Shown here one piece after another: positions 19,073 through 28,511 of a stretch of 40,806 nt of DNA. The notes beneath the pieces were generated by a model. That model did not search any database. It saw only the letters and a program-made list of their open reading frames with translations, and was not told the origin of the DNA. Source of the stretch: a virus (lineage: Duplodnaviria > Caudoviricetes); IMG/VR virus record IMGVR_UViG_3300027265_000006, positions 1 through 40,806 of that record; one strand, given 5' to 3'. The position numbers and the translations under genes are program-made. Each line of letters begins with the position of its first letter. The first letter of the stretch is position 1.

Positions 19073-19328
19073 TTGAATTGCTCCTTGTAGGAATTGTTTC
19101 GCTTGTTTGTTATGCGTTTCCGCATAGTTAGTAGGCGTAACGATTCACTTCTCTTGGTTGTCCAGAGGTATCCCAAGGCGGCCCTCCTCAGAGGGCTTGA
19201 TGGGGCAAAAGATTCGCAAGGAGTTGTGATGTGTTACTGAGGGTGAGAGTGACCCTCCGGGGTGCGCTTTACTTACTCAAGTGAGGTTAAGAGGCGTGGA
19301 GGGTGTCTTCTCGGATTTACTGCGGGGA

Positions 19329-20201
19329 TTAAAGACGAGACATCTCAAGGCGTTTGAGGACGGTATCACGATAAGCGGCGTCCTTGGTGTACCTTGGGTC
19401 TTTCATTGCTTGACGGAATTCTGCTTCGGATCGAAAGGCTCCCTCAGGAAGAGTGCCTCCAGCGGTGGACCCTTCGATGAACTGCGGGTTTGACTCGGTG
19501 TATCTGGTGAAGAGACCTTTGATAGCCTCCTCACGTTTACCCAGGTCACGCTGGGCGATCTGTTCGTTGAACGTTTGGATCTCCTCAGGAGAGAGACTGG
19601 TTCTTGCGAATTGGACCATAGCCTCATAGTTGGCCTGCCCGCCGACGACACCAAAGGCGTGAGCAATATTGGCCTGCTGGAGGGCTTTGACTCCTTCGAC
19701 ATAGTTCCGGACAGTGCTCTCATTAATCCCAAACTTGGTGATCTCGGTAATGGTCTCCGGGGAGATATCGCCGGTCTCAAGGAACTCCTGGTTATACTTG
19801 TCGAAGTCCAGGGCACCTACCTGAGGTAGTTCTTCAGCGGTCTCATCCTTGGGTTCCTCAGTGCCTTCAGGTTTCTCAGGAGGCGGATCGATGGTCGTCT
19901 TCGGTGGAGTGGTGGACTGTGCAGGTGGTTTTACGTCGCCACCCTCAGGCTTCTTGCCCAGGTTCTTCTGTTGGGTGACATAGAAGGCTTCCAAGTCCCC
20001 ACCGTGCTGCATCTTGATCAGTTCGAGGACACCCTTGGTCAGGTCTTCCTCGGACTTGTACTTCCCGGCAAACAGTTTGGGTTCCTGCGGTGCGCCGGTC
20101 CCTGCGTCTGCTTTGTCGAGCATCTGCTGCTCGTAAGCTTGGTTGCCGTCATTCGGATGAGCCGTATCGACGGTTGGTGTGATAACAGTTGTTTCTCCCA
20201 T
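19329..20201 (-). CDS. Capsid scaffolding protein (gp9-like)
   Basis: FAGKYKS, GGQANYEAM, AMKDPRYTKDAAYR motifs. Confidence 0.93.
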   Translation of the reverse strand: MGETTVITPTVDTAHPNDGNQAYEQQMLDKADAGTGAPQEPKLFAGKYKSEEDLTKGVLELIKMQHGGDLEAFYVTQQKNLGKKPEGGDVKPPAQSTTPPKTTIDPPPEKPEGTEEPKDETAEELPQVGALDFDKYNQEFLETGDISPETITEITKFGINESTVRNYVEGVKALQQANIAHAFGVVGGQANYEAMVQFARTSLSPEEIQTFNEQIAQRDLGKREEAIKGLFTRYTESNPQFIEGSTAGGTLPEGAFRSEAEFRQAMKDPRYTKDAAYRDTVLKRLEMSRL

Positions 20202-20209
20202 TACTCTCC

Positions 20210-21763
20210 TTATTGTTCAGGCACGGCTTGAGGTTGCATTTGCCCTTTGGCGATCTCCCTGGCCAGCCCTGAGTTTGCTATTGTTTCCATTTGCTGCTGC
20301 TGCTGGGCAGCTTGCGTCTCCTGCTGGATCTGCTGCTGCGTCTTGATCAGACCTGTGGTACTGATGCCGAGTGCAGTTGCAATCCGCTTGATGACTTCAG
20401 CGATGAAGACGTATTGACGAGTGACATCCGGTCCCAATGCGTTGAGCTGTTGAATGAACAGGTTCAGCTTGTTGAGGTCGTGCCCACGGCCAAGGGCTTC
20501 AATGCCTGTGGTAATGGACACCGTGATCTCTTTCGGGAGTTTCTCCATGAGGCCTTGTGCTTCCATCTGCTGGATAGCCCATTCAACCAAAGGCAACTGG
20601 AACTCCTGAGCGAGGATCGAATAGATACCGCCAAGGGCGTCTTCGATATCCTGAGCCATGTAGCGGATCTCTTCTGCTGTCACCCGCTCTGCTTGACGTT
20701 GGATTGAGGAGTGCAGAAGGAAAGCCCTGGAGAGACTATCCTTCAAATCTCCTTTCTCTTGAGCGGCGACCTGAAGATCCTGCATCTTGTCCACCCTGAG
20801 GGCGACAACATCGGTCTCGGTGCCATCAACAAAGCCACCATTTGGAGCATCAATGAGGTCTTTCTTCCTGGCTATCCCATTCGGATTCCTGAGGAATACC
20901 AGTTTGGCACCGGCAGCAGTGGTCTCAACTATGGCCTTCGAGAGTTCTTCCAGGGAGTTAAAGTCCCCCAGGTGTTCCTCAACGTGGCCACGACCGTAGT
21001 TCTCACCGTCTGCCCGAGACCACACAAGTGCACGGAATGGAAAGGATCTTTCATCGAATTTACTCTTGGTGTTCGGAATGACCTTTCCACCAACTTCCTG
21101 ATGGACGTGCCATTTGTCGCCTTTGCGGATGCAGTAGGTGTAGGCGGCAACCATCTCTGCTGTGGTGCCTGAGGAGTCTTTCTCCTCTTTACCCTGCCTG
21201 AGATGCTCCGGGAGGTCTATCGGATCGATCATGTCTTTTGCAATGATCTCAACAGGTTCACCTGCTCCGTTCCTCCGGACAACATATTGGTCGAGCCTGT
21301 ACACCTTCAGTGATCCTTTCGGATGCCGGTACATCAAGGCATTCCCGGTGACAATCAGAAGACGCATGATGCGGTAGGATGGAACCCTGATTCGGGACTT
21401 CTCCATCCATACCTGAATTGAGGTCTCCCTGATGGACAACTGTTCCTCGACTTGGGTCTGGAATCCCTCTTCACCCATTTGCGCCTCAAGTTCTCTCTTG
21501 ACCTTCTCGTCCATTAGGAATCGGAAGCAAGTGTTGTTCGGGGGCATAAGGGTGAGGATGATCTTTGCGGCGAGGTTGTTGGTACACCGGGCACCCATGG
21601 ACTGCCATGGAGTCGGCAGCGGGGTATTTTCATCTGCTCCCTCTGGTGGGAGTAGGAAGGGGAGGGTTAACGCTGAACATACTCTGGCTCGATTGAGGTG
21701 AGCCTGTCGTGCTGCATCCAGTTTTTGAAATCGTGATGCACCGATTGCTGACTCTTTTGTCAT
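20210..21763 (-). CDS. Portal protein (gp8-like)
   Basis: PWQSMGA..NNLAAK, GENYGRG, ERVTAEEIR, EALGRG motifs. Confidence 0.97.
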   Translation of the reverse strand: MTKESAIGASRFQKLDAARQAHLNRARVCSALTLPFLLPPEGADENTPLPTPWQSMGARCTNNLAAKIILTLMPPNNTCFRFLMDEKVKRELEAQMGEEGFQTQVEEQLSIRETSIQVWMEKSRIRVPSYRIMRLLIVTGNALMYRHPKGSLKVYRLDQYVVRRNGAGEPVEIIAKDMIDPIDLPEHLRQGKEEKDSSGTTAEMVAAYTYCIRKGDKWHVHQEVGGKVIPNTKSKFDERSFPFRALVWSRADGENYGRGHVEEHLGDFNSLEELSKAIVETTAAGAKLVFLRNPNGIARKKDLIDAPNGGFVDGTETDVVALRVDKMQDLQVAAQEKGDLKDSLSRAFLLHSSIQRQAERVTAEEIRYMAQDIEDALGGIYSILAQEFQLPLVEWAIQQMEAQGLMEKLPKEITVSITTGIEALGRGHDLNKLNLFIQQLNALGPDVTRQYVFIAEVIKRIATALGISTTGLIKTQQQIQQETQAAQQQQQMETIANSGLAREIAKGQMQPQAVPEQ

Positions 21764-21772
21764 TGGCCTCCC

Positions 21773-22345
21773 TTAGGTAGGAATGGCCAGACCTGCTGTC
21801 GTGTTCGCACCTGCGGTGTTGAGACCTACCTGGAGGGCTTTGGTGCCCTTAGATGCCAAGGCTCCACCAGCGTTCTTCCGGTCTTTTGCAGAGCGCCCAG
21901 CTTCAAAAGCTGCCTGGCGTTCGCCTGCCTTCTTGGTCTTGTCTACTTCGCGTTGGGCATCATTACGGGCCACCCCTGAATCACTCTCGAACTTCAAACG
22001 TTGCTGCTCAAGACTCCTGGCGGCTGCAGCTTGTTGTTCGGCCATGACTCTCTGCATCTCGTCCATCTTCGCCTGGGCGGCAAGCTGTTGATCTTGAAGC
22101 TCCTTCTGGAGAGACATCTGCTGCTCCTGGGCACCGATCTGTTGGTTGTAGAAGGCCTGTTGCATGGCCATCTGTTCACCTTGGATGCGCGCTGCTTCAG
22201 ACTCTTGTGACTTGTAATAGGCCTCATCCCAGGCTTCCCATTCTGCGCGGTCGCCTTCTTGGGTGGGTGGGGTGTAATGCTTCTGGACTTTCGGGTCTGA
22301 CCGATACGGTTGATTAGGACGTTGTGTTTTCTGACTCGTACACAA
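21773..22345 (-). CDS. Virion protein, gp6.7/gp7.3-like
   Basis: Start reassigned to TTG (MCTSQK) after GAGGA; Gln-rich coil; C-terminal KGTKALQV...GLAIPT before the portal. Confidence 0.6.
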   Translation of the reverse strand: MCTSQKTQRPNQPYRSDPKVQKHYTPPTQEGDRAEWEAWDEAYYKSQESEAARIQGEQMAMQQAFYNQQIGAQEQQMSLQKELQDQQLAAQAKMDEMQRVMAEQQAAAARSLEQQRLKFESDSGVARNDAQREVDKTKKAGERQAAFEAGRSAKDRKNAGGALASKGTKALQVGLNTAGANTTAGLAIPT

Positions 22346-22346
22346 A

Positions 22347-22541
22347 TTAACTTCCTCGCGGGTTGTGGATGTCCTCCTCCTTTTCTCTTTTGAGCAGGTA
22401 CAGGAGAAGCTCGATGAGTTCCCTCTTACCTGCTCTCCTTTGTATCTCAATCAAAGACTCAGCCTCCCCAGGGTTAACAAGGGGATATGCTTTGTCTAAC
22501 TCTGCTATCAGATCAGCAGATAAGGTTGGTAATGCTTCCAT
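22347..22541 (-). CDS. Small conserved protein, gp6.5-like
   Basis: LIAELDKAYP...AGKRELIELL; first gene after the late promoter. Confidence 0.65.
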   Translation of the reverse strand: MEALPTLSADLIAELDKAYPLVNPGEAESLIEIQRRAGKRELIELLLYLLKREKEEDIHNPRGS

Positions 22542-22566
22542 AGTTACCTATAAGTTTATTCAGATT

Positions 22567-22590
22567 TCTCTTAAGAGAGGGCAGTAGTCA
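22567..22590 (-). promoter_or_regulatory. Phage RNAP late promoter
   Basis: TGACTACTGCCCTCTCTTAAGAGA, same as the copy at 2195-2218; upstream of all structural genes. Confidence 0.8.
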
Positions 22591-22700
22591 TTAATGACGT
22601 ACTATCAACTACATGGAGATGTCTACCATCCAATAAGTCACCTATAAGTTTTCAATTGTTTCACTCTTAGACGGTGGCACCGAAGGAAAACAACGGACAA

Positions 22701-23192
22701 TCAATGAGATGCCTTAAGCCAACTCAGGCGCTGTCTTGAGATGTATTTCTGAACATATTGGTTATTTGATGCCAACTCAATCCCTGTATATGGACAGTAA
22801 TATGGAGGCTTATCTGCTTGATATTCCCCGTGTTTAACATAGTCCACATAGCGTAGTAACTGTTGCCTCTTTTCACCAAGGTCGCCATAGTGATACCGAG
22901 TGAATATCCATATCTGCTTCAGCGGAAAGCATGCGTTGAGAAGGCTGAGGAGTCTCCCCAGGTCTTCCACCGGCTGATCGAAAGGCTCTCCTCCCATTAT
23001 CCTGATCTTGTCAACCATGTTTATCGAGGTCTCCAAAGACTCCACGATGTCGTAAGAATCTTTGGAGTTGCCTTGATTGAACTCCCACAACTGTGGGTTA
23101 TGACAGCCAGGACAATGGGGAGCAGCACAGCCGTTCAGGAAGATATCGAATGACCTCTCCTGTAATGAGTATTGCGTTGCTCCGATCTCCAT
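22701..23192 (-). CDS. nrdG: Anaerobic RNR activating enzyme (radical SAM)
   Basis: GCAAPHCPGCHNP, MGGEP, ASNNQ; next to nrdD. Confidence 0.92.
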   Translation of the reverse strand: MEIGATQYSLQERSFDIFLNGCAAPHCPGCHNPQLWEFNQGNSKDSYDIVESLETSINMVDKIRIMGGEPFDQPVEDLGRLLSLLNACFPLKQIWIFTRYHYGDLGEKRQQLLRYVDYVKHGEYQADKPPYYCPYTGIELASNNQYVQKYISRQRLSWLKASH

Positions 23193-23315
23193 TTAGATCC
23201 ACCACCATCTTCCGCATTTGGAACACGACACGTAAGGCATTCGCCCATTCGAGCCGATCAGGTGGAGCTTGGTGTGGTGTCCTTTGTGGAACAGCTTGCA
23301 CCAGAGTCTCTTCAT
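23193..23315 (-). CDS. 40-aa Cys/His small protein
   Basis: MKRLWCKLFHKGHH...CSKCGRWWWI after RBS GGAGG; the longer track ORF overlaps nrdD. Confidence 0.65.
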   Translation of the reverse strand: MKRLWCKLFHKGHHTKLHLIGSNGRMPYVSCSKCGRWWWI

Positions 23316-23326
23316 GATTCCTCCAT

Positions 23327-25255
23327 TTAATAGAACTGACGGTGAGGGTAGTCTTCCTTCCTCCGCACCTTGTTCCAATTGTTGACGTTCGTGAGGAACC
23401 CCACCACCCTGGTGAAGTTCTCGATTATTGGTTTCCCACAGGCACACTTGTCCTTCCTGCCGACTGACATGTGTCCATCCTCGCATCTCTGGAGGTTGTA
23501 GTTGACCGCCCAGTAGACCACTCCGGATCTCGCACAGTGATCAATCAGTTCCTCGATCCTTTTTGGATCAGTGATCTGCTCCTCCAAGTTGATATGGCAG
23601 ATAGCACCGCCGCTGAACTTCCGGTCGAAGGCACCCTGGAGCCTGATCCGTTCCAGCATGTCAGCTTCGGCAATCAATGGGATGAACTGATTCGAATAAT
23701 ATGGATACCTTTGAGGAGGTTGTGGTTCGACCCAATCATCCCAAGTGTTGAACCCAAGCAGGTAGTCTTTACTTGCCAGCTTCACGGAGCTTGACTCAGC
23801 CGGAACCTGTTCGAGATTATGGGGAGAACCGAAGTGCTCCTGGGCGGTCTTACAGCACATTGCCAGGACATCAAGAATGCGACCGGCCAATGCTTCACCT
23901 TCAGTGCTGCGGATGTCATACCCAAGGTAGACCAGTGCCTCATAGAGTCCGGTCACGCCTATAGTGCTGTACTGCTTTGACAGGGCCATGTGACCATGTG
24001 TGTAAAGAGGCATGTTACCTTCATCAATCCGCTTCTTTAGGATCTTCCTTTTGACATCATTGATGACCGAGGCGTCCACAGCCAGATCACAAAGACCCTC
24101 CATGAACTCCTGAGTTGAACTGGCCTTCTCGGCAAGCCTTGGGAGATTCAAGGTGACAACTCCAAGTGACCCGATCTTGGTTGATCCAGCACCGAAGCTG
24201 TTGAAGTACTCCTGGTCCTGCTCAGATCTCAAACGGCAGCAAGAGGAAAGAGTAGATGTCGCACCACAGTAGATGTTGATAAAGCCCCACTTGATGTTCT
24301 TCTCGGCAATCAGCTTCTTGAAGGTATGATCCAAGATCTCCCCATCCTTCACAGCAAAGCATGCCGTGGTCACCGGGAAGGTCACCGGAGTTCTCTCAAG
24401 CTCCTCATTCATCACATCCAGGAAGATCTCCTGAATGGTCATAACAATACCCGGATCTGCTTCGACACCATCCAGCACATAGGCAGGACAGAGTTCACCA
24501 AGGAAGTTCCGGTCGTAAACTGAGACATTCGTGAAGGGACTCTGGTTCCCTCTCATTGGTTGGTTCAAGGTGTAGACCAGTGACGCCAATGTCTCCTTGA
24601 CGTACCTCCAGACTCCTTCTTCCCAGTCGTCATCCATCCCGATGGGGAACCCTGCATCGACCCCTTTGGCCAGGATCTTCCTGACGTACAGGGCCATACA
24701 GATGAAAAGGTCCGCAAGGCCAGTAGCCCCAAGGGTGCTATTGCTGGCAATGATGATGAACTGTTCGACCTGAGACTTGAATGAGTACAGGTGCTTAGGA
24801 GCCACAGACTTGATCTTCTTGATCATCGGCAACCCTTCCAGCACTATATCGTAACACGAATAGTTGAAGCAGTATGGGCGACCAAAGTCACTGAAGTCAT
24901 TGATGTAAATGTCTCCATTGATCTGCATCTCGATGATGGTGTCTGCATAGGCGGGAAGGAGAGGATACTCCTGTCGCAACTGCTTCCACAGAAGGTACAT
25001 CGAGTTCAATCTAAATAGAGGCTTTGGAAGTTCAAACTGGTAGCCTATAACATCCTTGGCATCCACGTTGGCATTGGCATCCACCGAGACATCTGCAGTT
25101 GCCGTTGGGTTATTCAAGAATGCCTTCGCGTTCCTGTTCAGATCCAGTTGCTTTTCTCCGATGCCCTCCAGTTCAAACATTGCTTCACCGTATGTCTCCT
25201 TCAGATTGAGGATAAGTCTGGTGAAGTCTTCTTCGTAACTGAGTCTTATGTTCAT
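23327..25255 (-). CDS. nrdD: Anaerobic (class III) ribonucleotide reductase
   Basis: Glycyl-radical RVVGFL, finger loop SSCCRL, GVVTLNLPRLA, EQVPAES, C-terminal metal-binding Cys; no evident ATP cone. Confidence 0.95.
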   Translation of the reverse strand: MNIRLSYEEDFTRLILNLKETYGEAMFELEGIGEKQLDLNRNAKAFLNNPTATADVSVDANANVDAKDVIGYQFELPKPLFRLNSMYLLWKQLRQEYPLLPAYADTIIEMQINGDIYINDFSDFGRPYCFNYSCYDIVLEGLPMIKKIKSVAPKHLYSFKSQVEQFIIIASNSTLGATGLADLFICMALYVRKILAKGVDAGFPIGMDDDWEEGVWRYVKETLASLVYTLNQPMRGNQSPFTNVSVYDRNFLGELCPAYVLDGVEADPGIVMTIQEIFLDVMNEELERTPVTFPVTTACFAVKDGEILDHTFKKLIAEKNIKWGFINIYCGATSTLSSCCRLRSEQDQEYFNSFGAGSTKIGSLGVVTLNLPRLAEKASSTQEFMEGLCDLAVDASVINDVKRKILKKRIDEGNMPLYTHGHMALSKQYSTIGVTGLYEALVYLGYDIRSTEGEALAGRILDVLAMCCKTAQEHFGSPHNLEQVPAESSSVKLASKDYLLGFNTWDDWVEPQPPQRYPYYSNQFIPLIAEADMLERIRLQGAFDRKFSGGAICHINLEEQITDPKRIEELIDHCARSGVVYWAVNYNLQRCEDGHMSVGRKDKCACGKPIIENFTRVVGFLTNVNNWNKVRRKEDYPHRQFY

Positions 25256-25269
25256 TATTTCTCCACGAA

Positions 25270-25303
25270 TAAGGCCTCCCCAGGTTGGCCCAAGGAGGCC
25301 TTA
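25270..25303 (-). other. Strong hairpin upstream of the nrdD RBS
   Basis: TAAGGCCTCC / GGAGGCCTTA perfect 10-bp inverted repeat, extendable with GU pairs. Confidence 0.6.
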
Positions 25304-25309
25304 GTGCTG

Positions 25310-25465
25310 TTATTCGCTAGGCGGTGTTTCTTCCACAGTTGACTCAGGCTTGCCTTTCTTGCCGGTCTTCTTTGGTTCCGGACAGCACTCCAGCTTCTCG
25401 CCTTGTTTCACATACCGTCTGCTATTACAGACAGGGCATGTCTCAGCGACCAATACTTCTTGCAT
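25310..25465 (-). CDS. 51-aa small Cys-containing protein
   Basis: Hand translation MQEVLVAETCPVCNSRRYVKQGEKLECCPEPKKTGKKGKPESTVEETPPSE; fills the gap between genes. Confidence 0.55.
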   Translation of the reverse strand: MQEVLVAETCPVCNSRRYVKQGEKLECCPEPKKTGKKGKPESTVEETPPSE

Positions 25466-25748
25466 ACTCTCTTGCCTCTTTATGTTCGTTATATGGTTCC
25501 CATCCGCCGATGGTCACCCCGATCCATACGACCAGGGCAACCAGAGGGCGCTTCTTCTTCACGATGCACCACGCAAGCTTCGCGTCGGCTTTCCATTTGT
25601 TCACGCCTTCTGCATAGTCGTAGTCATGCTGAACACAGCAGGCATGCCAGTTGCCTTCAGGAAAGTTGGTGCATTCGTAGTCCGATATCAGGTTCTTTTT
25701 GGTGTCCAGTAAATGACCTCCATTCGTTGTGGATCGTGGTCCTCCCAT
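25443..25748 (-). CDS. Small protein with phospholipase A2-like CCxxHDxxY motif
   Basis: CTNFPEGNWHACCVQHDYDY...KADAKL; start uncertain (possibly CTG at 25709). Confidence 0.55.
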   Translation of the reverse strand: MGGPRSTTNGGHLLDTKKNLISDYECTNFPEGNWHACCVQHDYDYAEGVNKWKADAKLAWCIVKKKRPLVALVVWIGVTIGGWEPYNEHKEAREYARSIGR

Positions 25749-26563
25749 CGACAGATCCTGGCGACCCTTGCTTGTTGTAAGGCGTAAGCTTCTACGCTTT
25801 CACCGACCGCTTTGTATGCCTCGATTACCGAGGTCCACCAGTCCCGCTTGGGCATCTTCTGCTTCCCAGGAGGACCGTCTTTCGCCCAGGATTGAAGCAT
25901 CAGTGCCTTATCGATAGCCTCTTGGTACTTGGCAACAATGGCCGACCACCAGTCCTTCCGAGGTGTCAGAGTCAGGAGTGCCTCTGCTGCTACTGGGCCA
26001 CACTGTGGACACCCTGAGTAGCCATCCGTGGAGTCACCGATGAGAACCTGATAGAAGAACTGGTAGTCTGCGTCGAACTCGGAGATCATCTCCAAGGTGT
26101 CTCTATGCCAGAGGTAGAGTTTGCATGGGACCGACTTGAGATCCTTGTCGATTGTAGCGACCACTGTGGTATCCGGATCTTTCGACCCATAGATCCCCAG
26201 GAGGTCATCAGCCTCGAACCCTTTGGCCATGACAACTTCATATTCCTGCTCAGACCACTCCCGTAGGATAGGCAGTAACTCAGGTTTCTCTTTTTCGACC
26301 CTGTTGTGCTTATAGGTTGGGAGTACGGCGTAGCGGAAGTTGAAGTTCCCGGTCAGAAATAGCTTCACCTTGGTGCAACTACAGCGAGTCATCAATGCGT
26401 CGATGAACTGCATGATGCCGTACTTGGCCTGTTCGATCTGGAGAATCTTGGTGGATACTGTGGGGGACCAGTGGGCGATAAGCTCACAGGTTGAGGCATA
26501 GCGGAATACTACGATGTCATGGTCAACAAGGAGGGTTCTTTCAACCTTCTTGCGTGGTGCCAT
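25688..26563 (-). CDS. 5'-3' exonuclease (gp6-like)
   Basis: NFRY..PTYKHNR, FEADDLLG, TIDKDL, GDSTDGYSGCP; start reassigned to MAPRKK after GAGGAGG. Confidence 0.93.
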   Translation of the reverse strand: MAPRKKVERTLLVDHDIVVFRYASTCELIAHWSPTVSTKILQIEQAKYGIMQFIDALMTRCSCTKVKLFLTGNFNFRYAVLPTYKHNRVEKEKPELLPILREWSEQEYEVVMAKGFEADDLLGIYGSKDPDTTVVATIDKDLKSVPCKLYLWHRDTLEMISEFDADYQFFYQVLIGDSTDGYSGCPQCGPVAAEALLTLTPRKDWWSAIVAKYQEAIDKALMLQSWAKDGPPGKQKMPKRDWWTSVIEAYKAVGESVEAYALQQARVARICRWEDHDPQRMEVIYWTPKRT

Positions 26564-27236
26564 AGACCTCCTCGATGAGCTTCTCAAGATGTTCCAGGGC
26601 GAACTTGTAGTCACCCATCAGGAGGTTGAAGAGAACGAGTGCTTCCCACCATGTGAAGTTGTTTGCCACGATGAACTTCTCGATGGTGCGTTCTCCAATC
26701 GCCTTCGGCTTGAGCTTGAGTTCAATGGCCTTCTGGAGGTAGATCACTCCTTTCTCCAGGGCAACCTTTCCCTGCTTCTTCGGGTAGCGATAGATGTACT
26801 TGAGGACTGCGTACTGCACGGCATTGAGGTCGTTCTCGAAGGTGAATGGTAGTACCTCGGTGCCACGCCACATGTACCGATCCGGCTCTTGGAGTTCCTC
26901 GGTAATCATCCCATCGAGAACCTTGACCGCCGCTTTGGTAACATGGGACTGATTTACAGGCTTGAGTTTGAAGATGGTGTGCCTACTTGAGCATCCTGCT
27001 GTGAAGCCAGGACAGTCTCCTACACGATAGAACGCACAGCCACTGCAGCCTGTTACTTCCGGCACTTCAATGTAGTCTTCTGCTTTCAGCGCGGCCTTGG
27101 CTCCTGTGGATTTATCAGGAACTTCACGGTAGAACCCTCCGCTACACCCATGCGCCGGGCATTCGGCATTATCGTATGGGCACAGTCCACACCCCGCATC
27201 GTCTTCAAGATCTTCAACTTTGATCAGCTTAATCAT
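26541..27236 (-). CDS. gp1.7/DUF3310-like protein with two Cys-rich N-terminal repeats
   Basis: GCGLCPY and GCSGCAFY repeats; AVLKYIYRYPKKQGKVALEKGVIYL resembles the DUF3310 pattern. Confidence 0.55.
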   Translation of the reverse strand: MIKLIKVEDLEDDAGCGLCPYDNAECPAHGCSGGFYREVPDKSTGAKAALKAEDYIEVPEVTGCSGCAFYRVGDCPGFTAGCSSRHTIFKLKPVNQSHVTKAAVKVLDGMITEELQEPDRYMWRGTEVLPFTFENDLNAVQYAVLKYIYRYPKKQGKVALEKGVIYLQKAIELKLKPKAIGERTIEKFIVANNFTWWEALVLFNLLMGDYKFALEHLEKLIEEVYGTTQEG

Positions 27237-27955
27237 TCTTCTTTATCTCCTTTGAATCCCTCAAGATTCTCTTCATTCTTATCCCAACGCACCCGCTTGA
27301 ACCTAGGGTGTCGCATCTTCCCAGCTGGTGTCCAACCCATGAACCCGACCTCAATGATCTGATCGAGCATGTGATCTCCATTGAGATCCTCACGCATGGC
27401 ATCGGTAAACCCAGTGCCGACCTTGCCATAATTGGTGAGCAAGGCTCCCATCATTTGATCGTACTTCCCGGTTCCTGGTTGAATGCCGATCACTCGAATG
27501 TCCACGGTTATCTCCGGTTTGACTTTGTAGATCCCTTGGCCGTCCAGGCCGTACAGCACCAGACCTTCCTCGCCACGCTGAAGGGCTTGCCAGAGGTAGA
27601 TCTGGATCTCCAATTCAGTGAGGTTCAGCCTCTCCACATGGAGGATCAGCTCGGCACAGGGTGGACAGATCGGATAGAGATCCCTCGGAGACACCTGATC
27701 CACTCCGTCCTGGGTGCGGACAAGGGATACCGTGGTTTCCCAGTTGGTACGGAAGACTTCGAACATTCCCTGTACCTGAGGGTTCTTATCGAAGATCCTG
27801 TCAAACCCATAGAGAGGTTTCCCTCGCTTACTCATGGCAGACCTGTTGGGCGAATCGAGCAACACGCAAACCCCATCGAGCTTGCGTGTTACCATCCATC
27901 GGCCCTTCAAGTTCCCGCCTTTGTAAGACTTGAACTTAGGCATCTTCATCTTCAA
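27233..27955 (-). CDS. Compact ATP-dependent DNA ligase
   Basis: KLDG adenylation motif, EGLVL, KVK, VGTGFTD, RHPRF..R.DK. Confidence 0.9.
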   Translation of the reverse strand: MKMKMPKFKSYKGGNLKGRWMVTRKLDGVCVLLDSPNRSAMSKRGKPLYGFDRIFDKNPQVQGMFEVFRTNWETTVSLVRTQDGVDQVSPRDLYPICPPCAELILHVERLNLTELEIQIYLWQALQRGEEGLVLYGLDGQGIYKVKPEITVDIRVIGIQPGTGKYDQMMGALLTNYGKVGTGFTDAMREDLNGDHMLDQIIEVGFMGWTPAGKMRHPRFKRVRWDKNEENLEGFKGDKEE

Positions 27956-28511
27956 TTTCCTCCCATATATCAGAGCGTTGGATGTCTTTCCAAATAGTTA
28001 TAGGGTCATACCGTTCAACTATGTAATGACCACACGGTTTAGGTTCCCGGCAGTAACCACCTTGGGCAACGCAGGACGGGACCATGTGCCCGGCCAGTGC
28101 CGGATCAACCATGATCATTTCCTTCAGGATCTCAAACATGACATCCCTGGTTTCCTTTGATGCCTTCCAACACAACCGCAGTCGGGCCATCTCAAGGATT
28201 GCCTCGGCGTTTGCCCAGATCGTCATGTCCACCGGAGTGAACCGACCGGCATCCACGGCACCACCACGGTCACTGCGTGAGGTGGTGACGAATGGTTGCG
28301 GGTGTTGCTTGGTGTGGCGGCAGAGGTGCGTTGAGACAAACGATGGGATGCCGTATAAGGCAATCTCGAAGATCTGAGTGCGAACCGGCGAGTGCATCCA
28401 GGTGTAGATGTCATCCAGAGTGGCAGTCGAGGAGAAGTCCTTGGCAACCGTGGTCTCCAAGGCTCTCCTGGCGGCGGCGAGGTCGGTGTGCTTGGTGATC
28501 TCAACCTTCAT
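27936..28511 (-). CDS. thyX: ThyX-like flavin-dependent thymidylate synthase
   Basis: HSP, VSTHLCRH...SR, RLC..A..E.R, C-terminal PSC...CREPKPCG; RHRX7S motif degenerate. Confidence 0.75.
   Translation of the reverse strand: MKVEITKHTDLAAARRALETTVAKDFSSTATLDDIYTWMHSPVRTQIFEIALYGIPSFVSTHLCRHTKQHPQPFVTTSRSDRGGAVDAGRFTPVDMTIWANAEAILEMARLRLCWKASKETRDVMFEILKEMIMVDPALAGHMVPSCVAQGGYCREPKPCGHYIVERYDPITIWKDIQRSDIWEEIEDEDA

Noticed and set aside
19160-19200. CTGAGGA in the capsid leader as a second hammerhead
   Set aside because: No GAAA after a stem II and no stem III; the bases form a simple hairpin loop
19284-19305. GCCTCTTAA before the capsid gene as a phage promoter
   Set aside because: Upstream half diverges and +1 is C rather than G
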